From positions 1-64,000 of the IMG/VR virus record IMGVR_UViG_3300043424_000316: 64,000 bases of DNA. One strand, written 5' to 3'. Positions 47,901-58,142 of this stretch are shown here, in pieces. Under the pieces are notes generated by a model. It worked only from the letters and a program-made list of their open reading frames with translations. It had not been told where the DNA came from and ran no database searches. A program made the position numbers and the translations under genes. Every line of letters starts with the position of its first letter. The first letter of the stretch is position 1. Origin of the DNA: a virus.

Positions 47901-49040
47901 TATCTTAAAACTATATTTTGTATTAGGGCAAGTAGCTGGTAAAGAAATTCTTCTTGGCTGTGGAGCTGCAAATGAAAACGAAGCGGCAGGAGCAGACAAG
48001 TCATTTTCTGTTAAGTTATTCATATTAGTACCAATAGGTGAAGCAGACATCATTTGAACAAATTGTTGATCTGTAATACCAGCTGGAGCAAATTGTCCAG
48101 AACTCATTAAACCATCAGCCGAAAAAGTATTTAGAGTGCTTGCACCCAATGGTAAAGCGGGAATACCATTAGCGGATCTTAATGTTTGTGAAGCAAATGA
48201 TCTATTTCCTGATAGTGGGCTATTGATGTTTCTGAAAGGATTACGGATAATATCTCGCCAATTTCTTGGTACTCTTGACGGATCAACACTTATACCACCA
48301 CCACCACCGCCACCAGTGTTAATTGGTATATCGCCTGTTGTACTTTCACCTTCCCACCGAATACCGCCGCCACCTTGAAAATCTGATCCTGGATCATCAA
48401 CACCGATTGGATCAAAATATGTACCATCAACAAATTCAAGACTACCCATTTCACTTGTTTTAACACCAACCTTACTTCCACCCATTTTTCCTCTTTTCTT
48501 TCTAACAACTCTGCCAGAAACAAAACTTGCAGGATCAACAGAACTTCTTAATGAACGATACAAATTTGCAGTAGAAGTAGTTGATGTTGCCCAATTTTGA
48601 ACTTGATTTGCAGAATTTACTTCTGGTTCTATAATATCAAGTGAACCATCTTGATCCTCATCACGACCAACATACCATATTGGTTGTAATGAAGACATAT
48701 ATGTTGCTGGTTGTGTTGAGTTAAAAGGAAGTGCAGTATTTCGTGTATAAATCCAACTGTTATACGGAGTGACACCATTTGTTTGTTGAAGATAAATTCT
48801 GTATACATCGAATAATGTTCTGAAATTAAAATAAATTTCTCGTAATCTCGTATTGTTTATCACAACATTTGTATTTTGTGATAGATACGGATCATTCATA
48901 ACTGAATCAGAATTTGAGATGTAAGAATCTAAAAAATCTATTGTGGTTATTATCGAGTTCAAATCATTTCTTCTTATACCAGTAATTCCTTGATTTATTA
49001 CCGAAACAAGAGCATCATCTAGTATGACATCAGTAATCAT
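44997..49040 (-). CDS. Large tail-associated protein; unique about 1000-aa N-terminus plus C-terminal paralogue domain
   Basis: Last about 340 aa closely match 50161-51297 (NFEINIAELSGSG.ANNVHTGSNV.VSGS; YITTIGLYN...AIAKLSKP). Confidence 0.7.
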   Translation of the reverse strand: MITDVILDDALVSVINQGITGIRRNDLNSIITTIDFLDSYISNSDSVMNDPYLSQNTNVVINNTRLREIYFNFRTLFDVYRIYLQQTNGVTPYNSWIYTRNTALPFNSTQPATYMSSLQPIWYVGRDEDQDGSLDIIEPEVNSANQVQNWATSTTSTANLYRSLRSSVDPASFVSGRVVRKKRGKMGGSKVGVKTSEMGSLEFVDGTYFDPIGVDDPGSDFQGGGGIRWEGESTTGDIPINTGGGGGGGISVDPSRVPRNWRDIIRNPFRNINSPLSGNRSFASQTLRSANGIPALPLGASTLNTFSADGLMSSGQFAPAGITDQQFVQMMSASPIGTNMNNLTENDLSAPAASFSFAAPQPRRISLPATCPNTKYSFKIRQVVDPTLPATKKFFGFNIKRDPKLVVTMYAACPNTPPTELFTIEVNSYPYFNILPDKNGNLVTVPKNSTSDAVGKIQYGYYYDVKDIITRIYQELPVITYQNNVTVYQDIIEQLSNLDGFKPFVDNFGPNMGISPGKDRQNTFWRNGSPPTGFITRLPASVQDLIIGNNSWYNDTSAYIAMSIIENFFFMGATEYRSITPNDIVEISSALQQQYPQNDRTDRSLTTLISSRVSGEVETSTNTGGGTGTGTGTRTGTGTGVGTGIGSGGSTALNAQTVDTQNQFYGKVSWSFGIATSNDCSAPFYQEGAQSGFLWNLVLDDQAVVNQKVYADAVVNLIDQTASSTGAVTGKIVDILRGDRNSPQFQLLLQNGLVPMRNAKSTTMEPIPGNPCLEGLREDYQWGLKRSRIIPYKIFCNKPGVGRVEIDYKSKPGSDIDKWVISILAKPNSGASRKISGELLKTADGYYYSTEDEVSPIEGRFPNEPGIYFSSYTSVQRSSTNLSCIPSSRTVSTWKVDLDNPCGCDEVEVLTHYVIYDEISYTNPLYGTTETFPQREVLDPAYPAPAPESRAAAYSLTVGQELTDNRREKPDCFERTGEGRLHHPFLYGTDILPGVRKKSIKGLFNLSQSLDCYYTSSTQTNSQKDYYYEITDCDNCNKTAYFAVAYGNHKGSGSISSGYEVNDSPSRAIYSQYRLLTLDPHEKYFTFYDGGSVNTPDDIYVINYYRNGLSDKLDIGNFEINIAELSGSGIANNVHTGSNVKVSGSNPKILTLIDNSPTFDSEDVCANDDPNYYYDIVSGSLTNGIHVSGTGSLETNEYITTYGKVYPNLGIIVLDGKKLNVSASFNSVTGSNINGDNSFKLFTAISGAAAVDKPMRARNVKFKTTNHYFVRIPSGEANYSNNPTYVIDNGTEKGRIKNTCFVDNPMTYITTIGLYNTKKELIAIAKLSKPIKKTKENDVLIKIRLNW

Positions 49041-49051
49041 ATATTTTTTCC

Positions 49052-50164
49052 TTAATAGTCAAGTTTTACTTTAATAACCACTTCTCTATCAAACGATTTT
49101 TGTATTGGTTTACTCAATTTTGCAACTGCAACCAAGTTATTTTCATTATCATATAATCCAACACTTGTAATATAAACTTTTGGATCCATTATCATACTTT
49201 CGTACTTTAATACATTATTTTGATTGAAAAAACTTGGATTGTTTGTATAGTTGTATTCATCAGAATATACTCTAACAAAATAATACGTTGATGCAACTAC
49301 CTCACTTGTTCTTCCTTGAAAAGAATATGAAGCAGTATTAAATGCCATAGCACCACTTATTGATGTGAATAATCTATATGCATTATTATCACCAAATAAA
49401 CTTCCAGTATAGTTCTCGGTTGGTGTAGTAACCCTACTTCTTGATGTATAAAACGAAGCGGAAGCATCCAATGCCTTACCATTCATTACTATAATGCCAT
49501 GGTCAGGATAATACAGTCCCCAAGGAGTTGATGCATATGAACCAGTGTATTTACCACCTGCAAGTGTACCACTAACAACATTATAGACTCTACCACCTTG
49601 AACGGATAGTTCAGTTGTTGTTGTGCCGGAATCATCTATAAACGTGAATACGTCAGCTGCAGTTGATATACTACTACTACCAACAGAATTTAATTTACCC
49701 AAAGATAGTTGCCATGTACTTGTGTCCATTCTATCTTTGTATCTCGACCTATTTACATTTATTACATACACATATTCTGATGTTTCAGATACATTTCCGT
49801 TTGTAAATTCAAATGCATTCACTCCAGGAGGCAATAATAATTGTCTATATTGTGAATACACTGCTCTTGTTGGGTAATCATAATCTTGTGCACCATACGA
49901 ACCAGTTGATGAACCACTTCCTTTTGAATCACCGTAAGCAACACTAAATTGAACTTCGGCATTCGGAAAAATAGATTGACTATTGTATAGTTCATAAAAA
50001 TATCTTTTAGTGCCATCTGATTGATCAGATGATGTAAATGCAGTATAAAGAGCAACATTATTTCCAGACCATAGTGGAGCTGTAACCAATTCTCTACGAT
50101 TTCTTCCTATTGCATCATTAGAAAATCTTTTTAATACAAACGGTGTTGTAGCCATAACAATCAA
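49052..50164 (-). CDS. Baseplate/tail-associated protein (paralogue family)
   Basis: QFSVAYGDSKGSGS, PTRAVYSQYR, FIDDSG, VYITSVGLYDNENNLVAVAKLSKP. Confidence 0.7.
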   Translation of the reverse strand: MIVMATTPFVLKRFSNDAIGRNRRELVTAPLWSGNNVALYTAFTSSDQSDGTKRYFYELYNSQSIFPNAEVQFSVAYGDSKGSGSSTGSYGAQDYDYPTRAVYSQYRQLLLPPGVNAFEFTNGNVSETSEYVYVINVNRSRYKDRMDTSTWQLSLGKLNSVGSSSISTAADVFTFIDDSGTTTTELSVQGGRVYNVVSGTLAGGKYTGSYASTPWGLYYPDHGIIVMNGKALDASASFYTSRSRVTTPTENYTGSLFGDNNAYRLFTSISGAMAFNTASYSFQGRTSEVVASTYYFVRVYSDEYNYTNNPSFFNQNNVLKYESMIMDPKVYITSVGLYDNENNLVAVAKLSKPIQKSFDREVVIKVKLDY

Positions 50165-51297
50165 TACTCCAATTTAATAGTAACTGATAATTCACTTGTA
50201 AATGATTTCTTAATAGGTTTACTCAATTTTGCAATAGCAAGCAAACTCAAATTACCGTCTATATCAGGTCCGTATAGACCGATTGATGTAATATATGCAG
50301 TTGGATTATCGTGAAATCTTGAATTTTTTATCACGCCTTTGTTTATACCATCTTGATATATCATGGTTGGATTACTTGAATAGTTACAAACATTGTTACC
50401 TATTCTACAATAGTAATATGAACAATGTTTTATATCAATCGCTCTTGCAGTAAAACCTTTCGTTCTTAATGCAGCAGAACCACTCATTGCGGTAAACAAT
50501 TTGTAAGAATTGTCACCATTTATATTACTACCAGTTACAGTGTTAAATGATGCAGATAGATTTAATGTATCAGCAGATATTAGTATAATACCCTGACTTG
50601 GAAATACTCTACCATAATAATGTGGAGAAGATGGATTGTAAATACCATTCTGCAAACTTCCACTAACCAAATATCTAACATAAGAAGTTTGTGTAGTATT
50701 CTCTATCAAATCTGTTGTATCTCCAGAATCATCTATCAAAGTAATATACTGTGGTGTTGAACCAGAAACTTGTACATTACTACCAGTATGAACATTGTTT
50801 GCCTTTCCACTACCACTCAACTCTGCAATGTTTATCTCAAAATTACCGGGATCCATTTTATCACCAAATTTATCTCGGTTTATATTGATGGCATAAAAAT
50901 GTTTAATTTGTTCCGTTGCACCAACAAGGGTAGAAGACGGTAAATAGAACCCACCTTCATCACCATCCAAACACATGAGTTTGTATTGAGAATAAATTGC
51001 ACGAGAGGGTGTATCATTTGCCTCACCACCTTCATTTATTGAACCTGAACCGCTTATGTGTCCGTATGCAACAGAGAACATAATTTCATCTGCACAAGAC
51101 AAAGAAGCAGAACCCCAAACTTCATAATAATAATCTTTGGAAGCGGATGATTGTACAGAACTTGTAAAAAGCGTAAGCAATTCTGCTGTACCAGCCGCCC
51201 ACAATCCTCTTGCAGTACCAGTAGTTGTTGGAGCAGGTTGAATTGGTGGAAATGGAATGTAATAAGTTTGTAAACTTGAACTAGCAAACAGTGACAT
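50161..51297 (-). CDS. Baseplate/tail-associated protein (paralogue family)
   Basis: FSVAYGHISGSGS, PSRAIYSQYK, LIDDSG, AYITSIGLY...LLAIAKLSKP. Confidence 0.7.
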   Translation of the reverse strand: MSLFASSSLQTYYIPFPPIQPAPTTTGTARGLWAAGTAELLTLFTSSVQSSASKDYYYEVWGSASLSCADEIMFSVAYGHISGSGSINEGGEANDTPSRAIYSQYKLMCLDGDEGGFYLPSSTLVGATEQIKHFYAININRDKFGDKMDPGNFEINIAELSGSGKANNVHTGSNVQVSGSTPQYITLIDDSGDTTDLIENTTQTSYVRYLVSGSLQNGIYNPSSPHYYGRVFPSQGIILISADTLNLSASFNTVTGSNINGDNSYKLFTAMSGSAALRTKGFTARAIDIKHCSYYYCRIGNNVCNYSSNPTMIYQDGINKGVIKNSRFHDNPTAYITSIGLYGPDIDGNLSLLAIAKLSKPIKKSFTSELSVTIKLEY

Positions 51298-51334
51298 ATT
51301 TAACCTCTATAACTAAATTGTTTAATAATATACA

Positions 51335-52021
51335 TTAGGTATTACTGAAAGAAACGGGAACAACAAAACGTGAACCATATCGTGTATTGGTGATAATAAG
51401 TTTTGTTGATTTTCCATCAAGAGTTGTAGGCAACCACGCACCGTTTATACCTATTACAAATTCAAGTCTAGGAACTATATCACTTGTAGTATTCCAAGTT
51501 TTTGATTTACCAGACATTGGAAGTTCAACAACACCAGTATTAACTGCAAGTACATTGAAATATGTTGTGTCTAACATTGTAAATGTATATCCACCTGGAT
51601 TTTCTGTAATCACCAAAGGACCATTTCCTGTACTTGACCATTGTTTCAATTCCAATGTTAAATTTGGCTTTGAAGTTGTTGTTAAATTTCTTGCACCACC
51701 AGTTTCAGTCAGTATCAAAGAACTTGGAGTCGATTCAATATATGGTATCGCCTTAGTTCCTTCTGACAATGTGATCAATTTATATTTCATAGATTGTGTT
51801 TCATCAGGAACTGCTTCAGTTATAGGTAAATTTTCTATAACTGTCCCCATTTTATCATCACCAAGCGGATGACTTTGATTCCATAAATCATAATCAATTT
51901 CATCATCGGCAAGTGCAAATTGTGTAATGTTGAAAGATGATGCACCTTTTGCCAAAAGTTCTCTACCTTTTTTTGTAAGGATTGCGTCTACTGTAACTGT
52001 TGTGTTATTCAAGTAACCCAT
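51335..52021 (-). CDS. Baseplate-region structural protein
   Basis: MGYLNNTTVTVDAILTKKGRELLA...ITQFALADDEIDY; AAGGAG SD. Confidence 0.65.
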   Translation of the reverse strand: MGYLNNTTVTVDAILTKKGRELLAKGASSFNITQFALADDEIDYDLWNQSHPLGDDKMGTVIENLPITEAVPDETQSMKYKLITLSEGTKAIPYIESTPSSLILTETGGARNLTTTSKPNLTLELKQWSSTGNGPLVITENPGGYTFTMLDTTYFNVLAVNTGVVELPMSGKSKTWNTTSDIVPRLEFVIGINGAWLPTTLDGKSTKLIITNTRYGSRFVVPVSFSNT

Positions 52022-52058
52022 TGTAAAACTCCTTGTTAGAAAATTAGTTGTATACTAA

Positions 52059-52072
52059 TATAAATATAGTAA
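52059..52072 (-). promoter_or_regulatory. Putative late-promoter motif (TTACTATATTTATA)
   Basis: Intergenic, upstream of ATG 52021. Confidence 0.55.
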
Positions 52073-52095
52073 TTATTCAAAAATATAAAATTATT

Positions 52096-55000
52096 TTAAG
52101 ATTGTCCTCGTGATTCACGAATTTGTTGTAACCATTCTGGTAAAACTTCAAAAGGTAAAACTAAAATTATCAAAGCACTTGGATCATTGTTTATATCTAA
52201 ATATGTGTAATTTGGCGTATACATAGGATATGAAATTTTATTAAGAACATCCCCACCTGGTAATTTACAACCATCGAATCTTATATTTCGTATTGATTGG
52301 GGGTAGTTATTCATATTCATTTGACTTGAAGTTACATACTGATATTCAGAGTAATTAGAACTATCAGAATTTACAGATGATGTGTAATAGAAATAATATG
52401 ATTTGTAGAAATTGTCATGTCTACCATTTCCAATAATTTCAAATGTTGATGTTCTTTTATTGTATTGATTTGATGCAGTATACCAACTTTTACTTGAACT
52501 AACAGATCCACCATATATGTAATTTATTCTATCAAATGTATTTGTAAATTGAAGATTAAAACTTGCAGAAGGATCTAAATTGGTTGAATTTGAATCTAAC
52601 AATCTATTAAACTTTCCAATAATTTTTCTTCTATTTTTAGAATCTAAGAAAATATCGTATGTAGTTTTTTCTGCAGTAAAACTTGTAGGTCTTGATCGTA
52701 TAGTTGCCTTTTGATCCAAAGTTTGACCAAATATATTTCTATATCTTTCGGAAATACTTGCTGTTGTTGCAGAAATGTTTGTTATTAAATTTGTTGATAC
52801 ATCAATATCATCTTCTAAATTATCTGTTTCAGATTCGATAACAGTTTCAATATCAAATTCACCATTTATATTTGTAAATTCACTTGGTATTTCTTCATCA
52901 AATCCAACAAAAATTGTTGTCTTTTTTGAATTTGATATATCACCACTAATAACAACTGATGACGATATTTCTGTTGTATCTCTTACAAATTTTTCAGGAG
53001 GCAATCCACCGAAATCACGATTGATTTTTACCTTAGACCTTTCAAGTATATTTGGTTCAACTACAACCCCAAGTATTTCATTTGTTCTAACAGGTAATGT
53101 CTGACGTATTTGATCGAAAACACTAAAATCAAATAACGATACCATTCTCAAATAAGCGGTAAAGTCATTTCTAGTTGTATATTTTTTCCAATACTCTTGA
53201 GCAAATTTTTTCAATGCAGGGTATTCATCTTTTTTGGTATTCGAGTATTCACCCAAATAATCATCTATAACAGTATAACCGATTGATTCGTATATGTCTT
53301 CATTTATTATGTGTTGTGGTGAAAATGCAACCATCAATTTATTAGAATCGATAGAGAATCTATCAAATGCAGTTACAGTTGATGATTCATCCATTAACAA
53401 TGCACCTTGTAATGATGCAGAGTCTATTCTTATCTTTTCAGAAAAAGGAGTGTTGTTAGCAACAGTTGCAACTTCCATGTTGTAAACTTCAACTGTTGGT
53501 ATAAATGAATCACGATTGAACAAATGAAAATATGCATTCTTTGAAGAACTATAAAAAGTATTTTTTGTTTGATCCGGATGGACACTCTTAATACTTGATG
53601 TTGATTCTGCATTAAATGGTTGCCAGAATTTCCACTGACCTTGTAAGTCATAGAAAGAAGATGTTGATGTATTTCCATTGTATGATCTTGCAGCAAGAAC
53701 GTGGTTATCAAATGAAGATGTTATTAGAGATTTTGTCCAATATCTTAATTCAAAAATTGATCCAGATAATGAATAATATGTTTGTTGATTTGAACCAGAT
53801 CCTAAAAATAAATTACCATCTGATGACCAAGCTCTATTGTAGTTACTTTCAGTTGCACCATTTACACTTATACTTGCACTTCTATCTACAACAATTTTTC
53901 CATACTTTTCTGTTTTTAATATGAAATCATAAGTTTGATTTGTGGTTAAGTTATCACTGTTCTGATTTCTACGAATCATTATGTTAAGTGGAATGTCATC
54001 ATACAGATATTCGTCTTTAATAGAAGCAGATTTATAGTTAGTACCATCACCGATATAAAATGTCAAATCACCCTTTTCATCAGATCCGGTTCTATTAACA
54101 GTTACAAACCAATCAACTCTACTTGAAGTTGTTTCTTTTTGTAATAAGGTTTGAATCTTATTACCTTCATAATCATAAAATTTAGACGGATTCATTTTCC
54201 ATCTAAATGTCAAAGTATCTGGAAACTGCCAAGTATTGTTTTCATTGTTTACTCTTTCCCAAGGCACTTTTACATAACTTGATGTTGGTGGTTGCTGTCT
54301 ACTTCCAACAAATTCCAAATAATATGTATGTTTTTCCCACTCTGCTCTTGGGATAATACCCAAATCTGCATTATCAGGTCCACCGTATTCTCGTATACTT
54401 AATAGAGTTTGTGGAATACCATAGGCAGCCAAAAGTGCCTTTATTCCTCTTGAAGTTCCTTTTGATTTATAGATGTACGGTAGATTGTTTAATACCCGTC
54501 TCCAAACCTCTTTGGTTCGTTCTTCTTCACTCTTTGAATAGTTTTTACCTACTGTTGTTCTTCCAGTCCATATCGGCTCGCCACTACCACTTAAACCTAA
54601 AGCATATTCCCAAAGGTCTTTTGTTTTTGTTCCACTTGATAATGTCCAACCTAAATTTCGAGTTACCTCATAAATAAGATCTTGTGATACACCGTCTTTC
54701 GGGTGTTCTAATCGTAAATTCTTTTTTAATATATGGTCAGTGTAATAATACAGAACATCAAAATGTTGAGCCAACATATTAACAAATGTTATTATCTGAT
54801 TATTGTCTGGATTATCATATACATGGTCAGGTAATGCCTTTACAAGTGCAGCAGAATTTGACATATCATAGTCTGTTGCCAAATCTAATATATTGTTATA
54901 CCAATTCTCAACCTCAGTTGATGTTGTTTGATATAAATTAAACTTTCCTTGTCTTGATATTAAATCGTATGTACTTCCGGTTACTTCATATTTTGGAAAT

Positions 55001-56154
55001 GGTTTTATTGAAGAAGTTAATTCGGAAGTATATCGTAAACTCGCAGAAGTTTCATAGTACAACCATTTTTCAAACTCATCAAATCCAGATACAACTTTAT
55101 CTCTAAGCATTTTAACTTTTGTCTTATTAGATTCAAGTGATCCAGTGTATACTTCTAAATTCGATAATTGAGTATTGTAGTTTTCTATCAATCGTATTTT
55201 GTAGTAAAAATTTTCAACTCTTTCTTCGGCAGAAGAATAAAATACAAAATTCTTAAATTCAGTAAAATCATAATTCAATGATACATTTGATCCAGATACA
55301 TTTATGTATTTATCTAAAATCTGCTGAGAAGTCTGTACATTAGTTGAAAGTAAATCAGTCCAATTTTTATACTCTGTGGTTCCTGTTATGAATCTATCAT
55401 ATTCTACTTCAAAATTTGGACCCTTGATAAATCTTGGTTGTAATCTTTCAAACTCTTTTTCTACTTGAACCGAATCTATGTACGGTTTCATTATCTGACT
55501 TGAAAGCCAGCACTGATAGTATAAATCAACATCAAATGGTAAAGGTTCTGCTAACTTTACAAAAAAGTATGTAGGGTTTCCATCAGAAGTTACATTTATT
55601 ACATCTACTATATTATTTTCACCAAAGTTCAGAACTATTGGTAGTTTGTATCGAGATCCCCTCATATACTCGACTACAAAATTTGTTAGATTTTCAATAG
55701 ATTCTAAATCACTTGGATTTGTTAAAGTTAAACGGAGTTCTTTTCTATCAGAAGATAAATCTGAAATGAATAATCTATTTTGATTATCATTTGATCCAAT
55801 TAAATCTCTAAAAAAGTTGTAAACAATTCTATATGGACCAGGAATTAAATTTAATTGTCTTATATGATCATGTATAGGCAGATTAACATATCGTATAGGT
55901 TCGCCGTCTTCATTTACTCTTGGATCAATAGAATAATTTGCATAATATAATGTAGTAAAATAAGCGGAGTTTGGTAAAAATACGTGAAGTTCAACATTTG
56001 TACCAGGAGAAGATGGATCCTCTGGATTGTTTAATGTAGAAAATTTAGGAACAATAATTTTACTGTTCAAATCAGAATAAAGAAATCGTTCACCACGAAT
56101 TGGATCACGTGACCTTAATATGTCTGTTATATTTTTGTATAAAAAATTTGGCAT
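52096..56154 (-). CDS. Large baseplate wedge-like protein
   Basis: LNNLPYIYKSKGTSRGIKALLAAYG (P2 gpI/gp7-type motif), LamG-like SGSIFELRYW region. Confidence 0.65.
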   Translation of the reverse strand: MPNFLYKNITDILRSRDPIRGERFLYSDLNSKIIVPKFSTLNNPEDPSSPGTNVELHVFLPNSAYFTTLYYANYSIDPRVNEDGEPIRYVNLPIHDHIRQLNLIPGPYRIVYNFFRDLIGSNDNQNRLFISDLSSDRKELRLTLTNPSDLESIENLTNFVVEYMRGSRYKLPIVLNFGENNIVDVINVTSDGNPTYFFVKLAEPLPFDVDLYYQCWLSSQIMKPYIDSVQVEKEFERLQPRFIKGPNFEVEYDRFITGTTEYKNWTDLLSTNVQTSQQILDKYINVSGSNVSLNYDFTEFKNFVFYSSAEERVENFYYKIRLIENYNTQLSNLEVYTGSLESNKTKVKMLRDKVVSGFDEFEKWLYYETSASLRYTSELTSSIKPFPKYEVTGSTYDLISRQGKFNLYQTTSTEVENWYNNILDLATDYDMSNSAALVKALPDHVYDNPDNNQIITFVNMLAQHFDVLYYYTDHILKKNLRLEHPKDGVSQDLIYEVTRNLGWTLSSGTKTKDLWEYALGLSGSGEPIWTGRTTVGKNYSKSEEERTKEVWRRVLNNLPYIYKSKGTSRGIKALLAAYGIPQTLLSIREYGGPDNADLGIIPRAEWEKHTYYLEFVGSRQQPPTSSYVKVPWERVNNENNTWQFPDTLTFRWKMNPSKFYDYEGNKIQTLLQKETTSSRVDWFVTVNRTGSDEKGDLTFYIGDGTNYKSASIKDEYLYDDIPLNIMIRRNQNSDNLTTNQTYDFILKTEKYGKIVVDRSASISVNGATESNYNRAWSSDGNLFLGSGSNQQTYYSLSGSIFELRYWTKSLITSSFDNHVLAARSYNGNTSTSSFYDLQGQWKFWQPFNAESTSSIKSVHPDQTKNTFYSSSKNAYFHLFNRDSFIPTVEVYNMEVATVANNTPFSEKIRIDSASLQGALLMDESSTVTAFDRFSIDSNKLMVAFSPQHIINEDIYESIGYTVIDDYLGEYSNTKKDEYPALKKFAQEYWKKYTTRNDFTAYLRMVSLFDFSVFDQIRQTLPVRTNEILGVVVEPNILERSKVKINRDFGGLPPEKFVRDTTEISSSVVISGDISNSKKTTIFVGFDEEIPSEFTNINGEFDIETVIESETDNLEDDIDVSTNLITNISATTASISERYRNIFGQTLDQKATIRSRPTSFTAEKTTYDIFLDSKNRRKIIGKFNRLLDSNSTNLDPSASFNLQFTNTFDRINYIYGGSVSSSKSWYTASNQYNKRTSTFEIIGNGRHDNFYKSYYFYYTSSVNSDSSNYSEYQYVTSSQMNMNNYPQSIRNIRFDGCKLPGGDVLNKISYPMYTPNYTYLDINNDPSALIILVLPFEVLPEWLQQIRESRGQS

Positions 56155-56181
56155 ATAAAACTTTCACTTATTAAATTATTA

Positions 56182-56967
56182 TTAACCTTCTTCGTCTTGC
56201 GGTTCTTCTTCACCGGTATCATTAGCAAAATAATCAGCTTCTATGAGTTTTGACATTCTACTTAAACCAATCTCATTTTCATCTATAAAATTACTTTTGA
56301 AATTTTTCAAAGAATCAACATCTTCTGCCAATGCAGTCAATGTTTCATTTGTTCTTTCAGATAATGCATTCAATATATTTTCGGTTCTTATCTTATCTGT
56401 TTCTAATCTCGTTGACAAATCTGTTAGTATCTGTTCTTGTTGAGCAGACAACTCAGTATTTATTCTTTCAAATGCATCAGCACGAACTTGTTGTTCTAGA
56501 TATTCATTTGCCCACAGATTCATTGTTTCTTGCCACTTAACTTCTTGTGTACCCCAATCTGCAAGTTCTTGATTTTGTGAATCTATTATATTCTGCAATT
56601 CATCTATTTTTTGTTTCAAACCTTCTATTGAGTTTGGATCATTCTGTGCTATATTCTGTAAATTTTCTAATAATTGATTTCTAGCAACACTTTGTATATT
56701 TTCCATTTCGGATGGTGAAATTCCAGAAAGTGGAACACCTCTTAATAATCCAGTTTGTATTGTTTTTATTTGATCAAAAACCTTTTTCTCTGCATCAACG
56801 GCATCTCTTAATGTAGAAAAATTTGACTTTACCACAAAATCAAAATTAGAAGACAAGAATCTTTCATCAACAACAGGAACTTCTATTTGTCCTTTATTAT
56901 TAGAAGAACGGTCATCCAAATAACTAAGTATTCGGTTTGTAGCAGAGTCTCTACTCAATTCATTCAT
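56182..56967 (-). CDS. Coiled-coil hypothetical protein
   Basis: 261 aa, long heptad region, acidic C-terminus; ATGA overlap. Confidence 0.6.
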   Translation of the reverse strand: MNELSRDSATNRILSYLDDRSSNNKGQIEVPVVDERFLSSNFDFVVKSNFSTLRDAVDAEKKVFDQIKTIQTGLLRGVPLSGISPSEMENIQSVARNQLLENLQNIAQNDPNSIEGLKQKIDELQNIIDSQNQELADWGTQEVKWQETMNLWANEYLEQQVRADAFERINTELSAQQEQILTDLSTRLETDKIRTENILNALSERTNETLTALAEDVDSLKNFKSNFIDENEIGLSRMSKLIEADYFANDTGEEEPQDEEG

Positions 56968-58142
56968 CGTACAACCTTAAAGTAATGATTATTGTCAAAA
57001 ATTTGAACGTTATCGCCACCATCTCTTTCTACTTTAACAACTACTCTATAAAATCTTTCTGGTTGAAAAGAATCCATCCAAAGATTAAAATAACTGCTAG
57101 TACCATCACAACTTATTTTTGATCCAGTATAATCAAATGGTAGTATCACTTCATCGGTATGTGCATCTCGTATTTCATAATAAGAAGATGACGGTAAATA
57201 ATAATTTACTGTTTGATATGCAGTTGTTGTATAATTTTTTTGTGGATAACGAGTATTTGCATATATTCTTATTTTTGCCTTTTCTTTTTCTGCGTAGAAT
57301 TTTTTCAATTTTACATTTATATTGACATTATCTTCTGAAACTGGAGTCAGACTTCCTGTAATAAATTCAGAATCATCCCATACTATATTCAGTCTTGGGA
57401 CATAGATTGTGTTACTATCTGTTCCAAAAAATTTAAGACTGTTTAATAGATTATCGGGAGAACTCTCCATTTCATTACTGAATTTTAGCAACATACCATC
57501 ATTTTCAAACCTACCGGATCCAGTTATCCATTTTTTAACTATACCACTAACATCCATGTATAAATCAGTTGATTCAAAAGAAAATGATTGAGTACATTCC
57601 AAACCATCGTAATCCCACCAAGTTCCACCACCCTCATGTGTAAAATATGATGATGTTACGGTTGCTGTTAAGTAATTTGTTCCAAATAATATATTGGCAT
57701 CAACCCATGTTTCAGATATACCATCCCATTCGTATGAACCAGTTTGTGGTGGAATATCCCATTCTATTCCAGTTACTTTTGATGTTCTATATTTCCATGA
57801 AACACCATCTGTTGTATATGGAAGATTTGAAAATCTACCAGTTCCGTTTACCCAAGATGAACTCAATGGATATGCATATACAACATATTCTTGTGGAATT
57901 TCTCGTATATCTGCAGTAATCAATGATAGATAGTATTTTGCATTGTTTGATATTTTGCCAGAATTTACTTTATTCTGAATATCAGATACATCAAATTTCA
58001 ACAGTATTCTGCTATTGTAAATTGATGAACCAGATCCAGGAGTTTCGTGTGATAATTCCAACAATGGATCTATACCAGTATTCATGGTATATTGTCTTTC
58101 GTAAATCGTTGCATCTCTTTGAGCAAAAATAGAATATATCAT
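56964..58142 (-). CDS. Virion protein with DNRLRE-like domain
   Basis: RDATIYE...NTG.D..LEL...SRILLKFD; ENDGMLLK; PRLNIVWDD. Confidence 0.55.
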   Translation of the reverse strand: MIYSIFAQRDATIYERQYTMNTGIDPLLELSHETPGSGSSIYNSRILLKFDVSDIQNKVNSGKISNNAKYYLSLITADIREIPQEYVVYAYPLSSSWVNGTGRFSNLPYTTDGVSWKYRTSKVTGIEWDIPPQTGSYEWDGISETWVDANILFGTNYLTATVTSSYFTHEGGGTWWDYDGLECTQSFSFESTDLYMDVSGIVKKWITGSGRFENDGMLLKFSNEMESSPDNLLNSLKFFGTDSNTIYVPRLNIVWDDSEFITGSLTPVSEDNVNINVKLKKFYAEKEKAKIRIYANTRYPQKNYTTTAYQTVNYYLPSSSYYEIRDAHTDEVILPFDYTGSKISCDGTSSYFNLWMDSFQPERFYRVVVKVERDGGDNVQIFDNNHYFKVVR

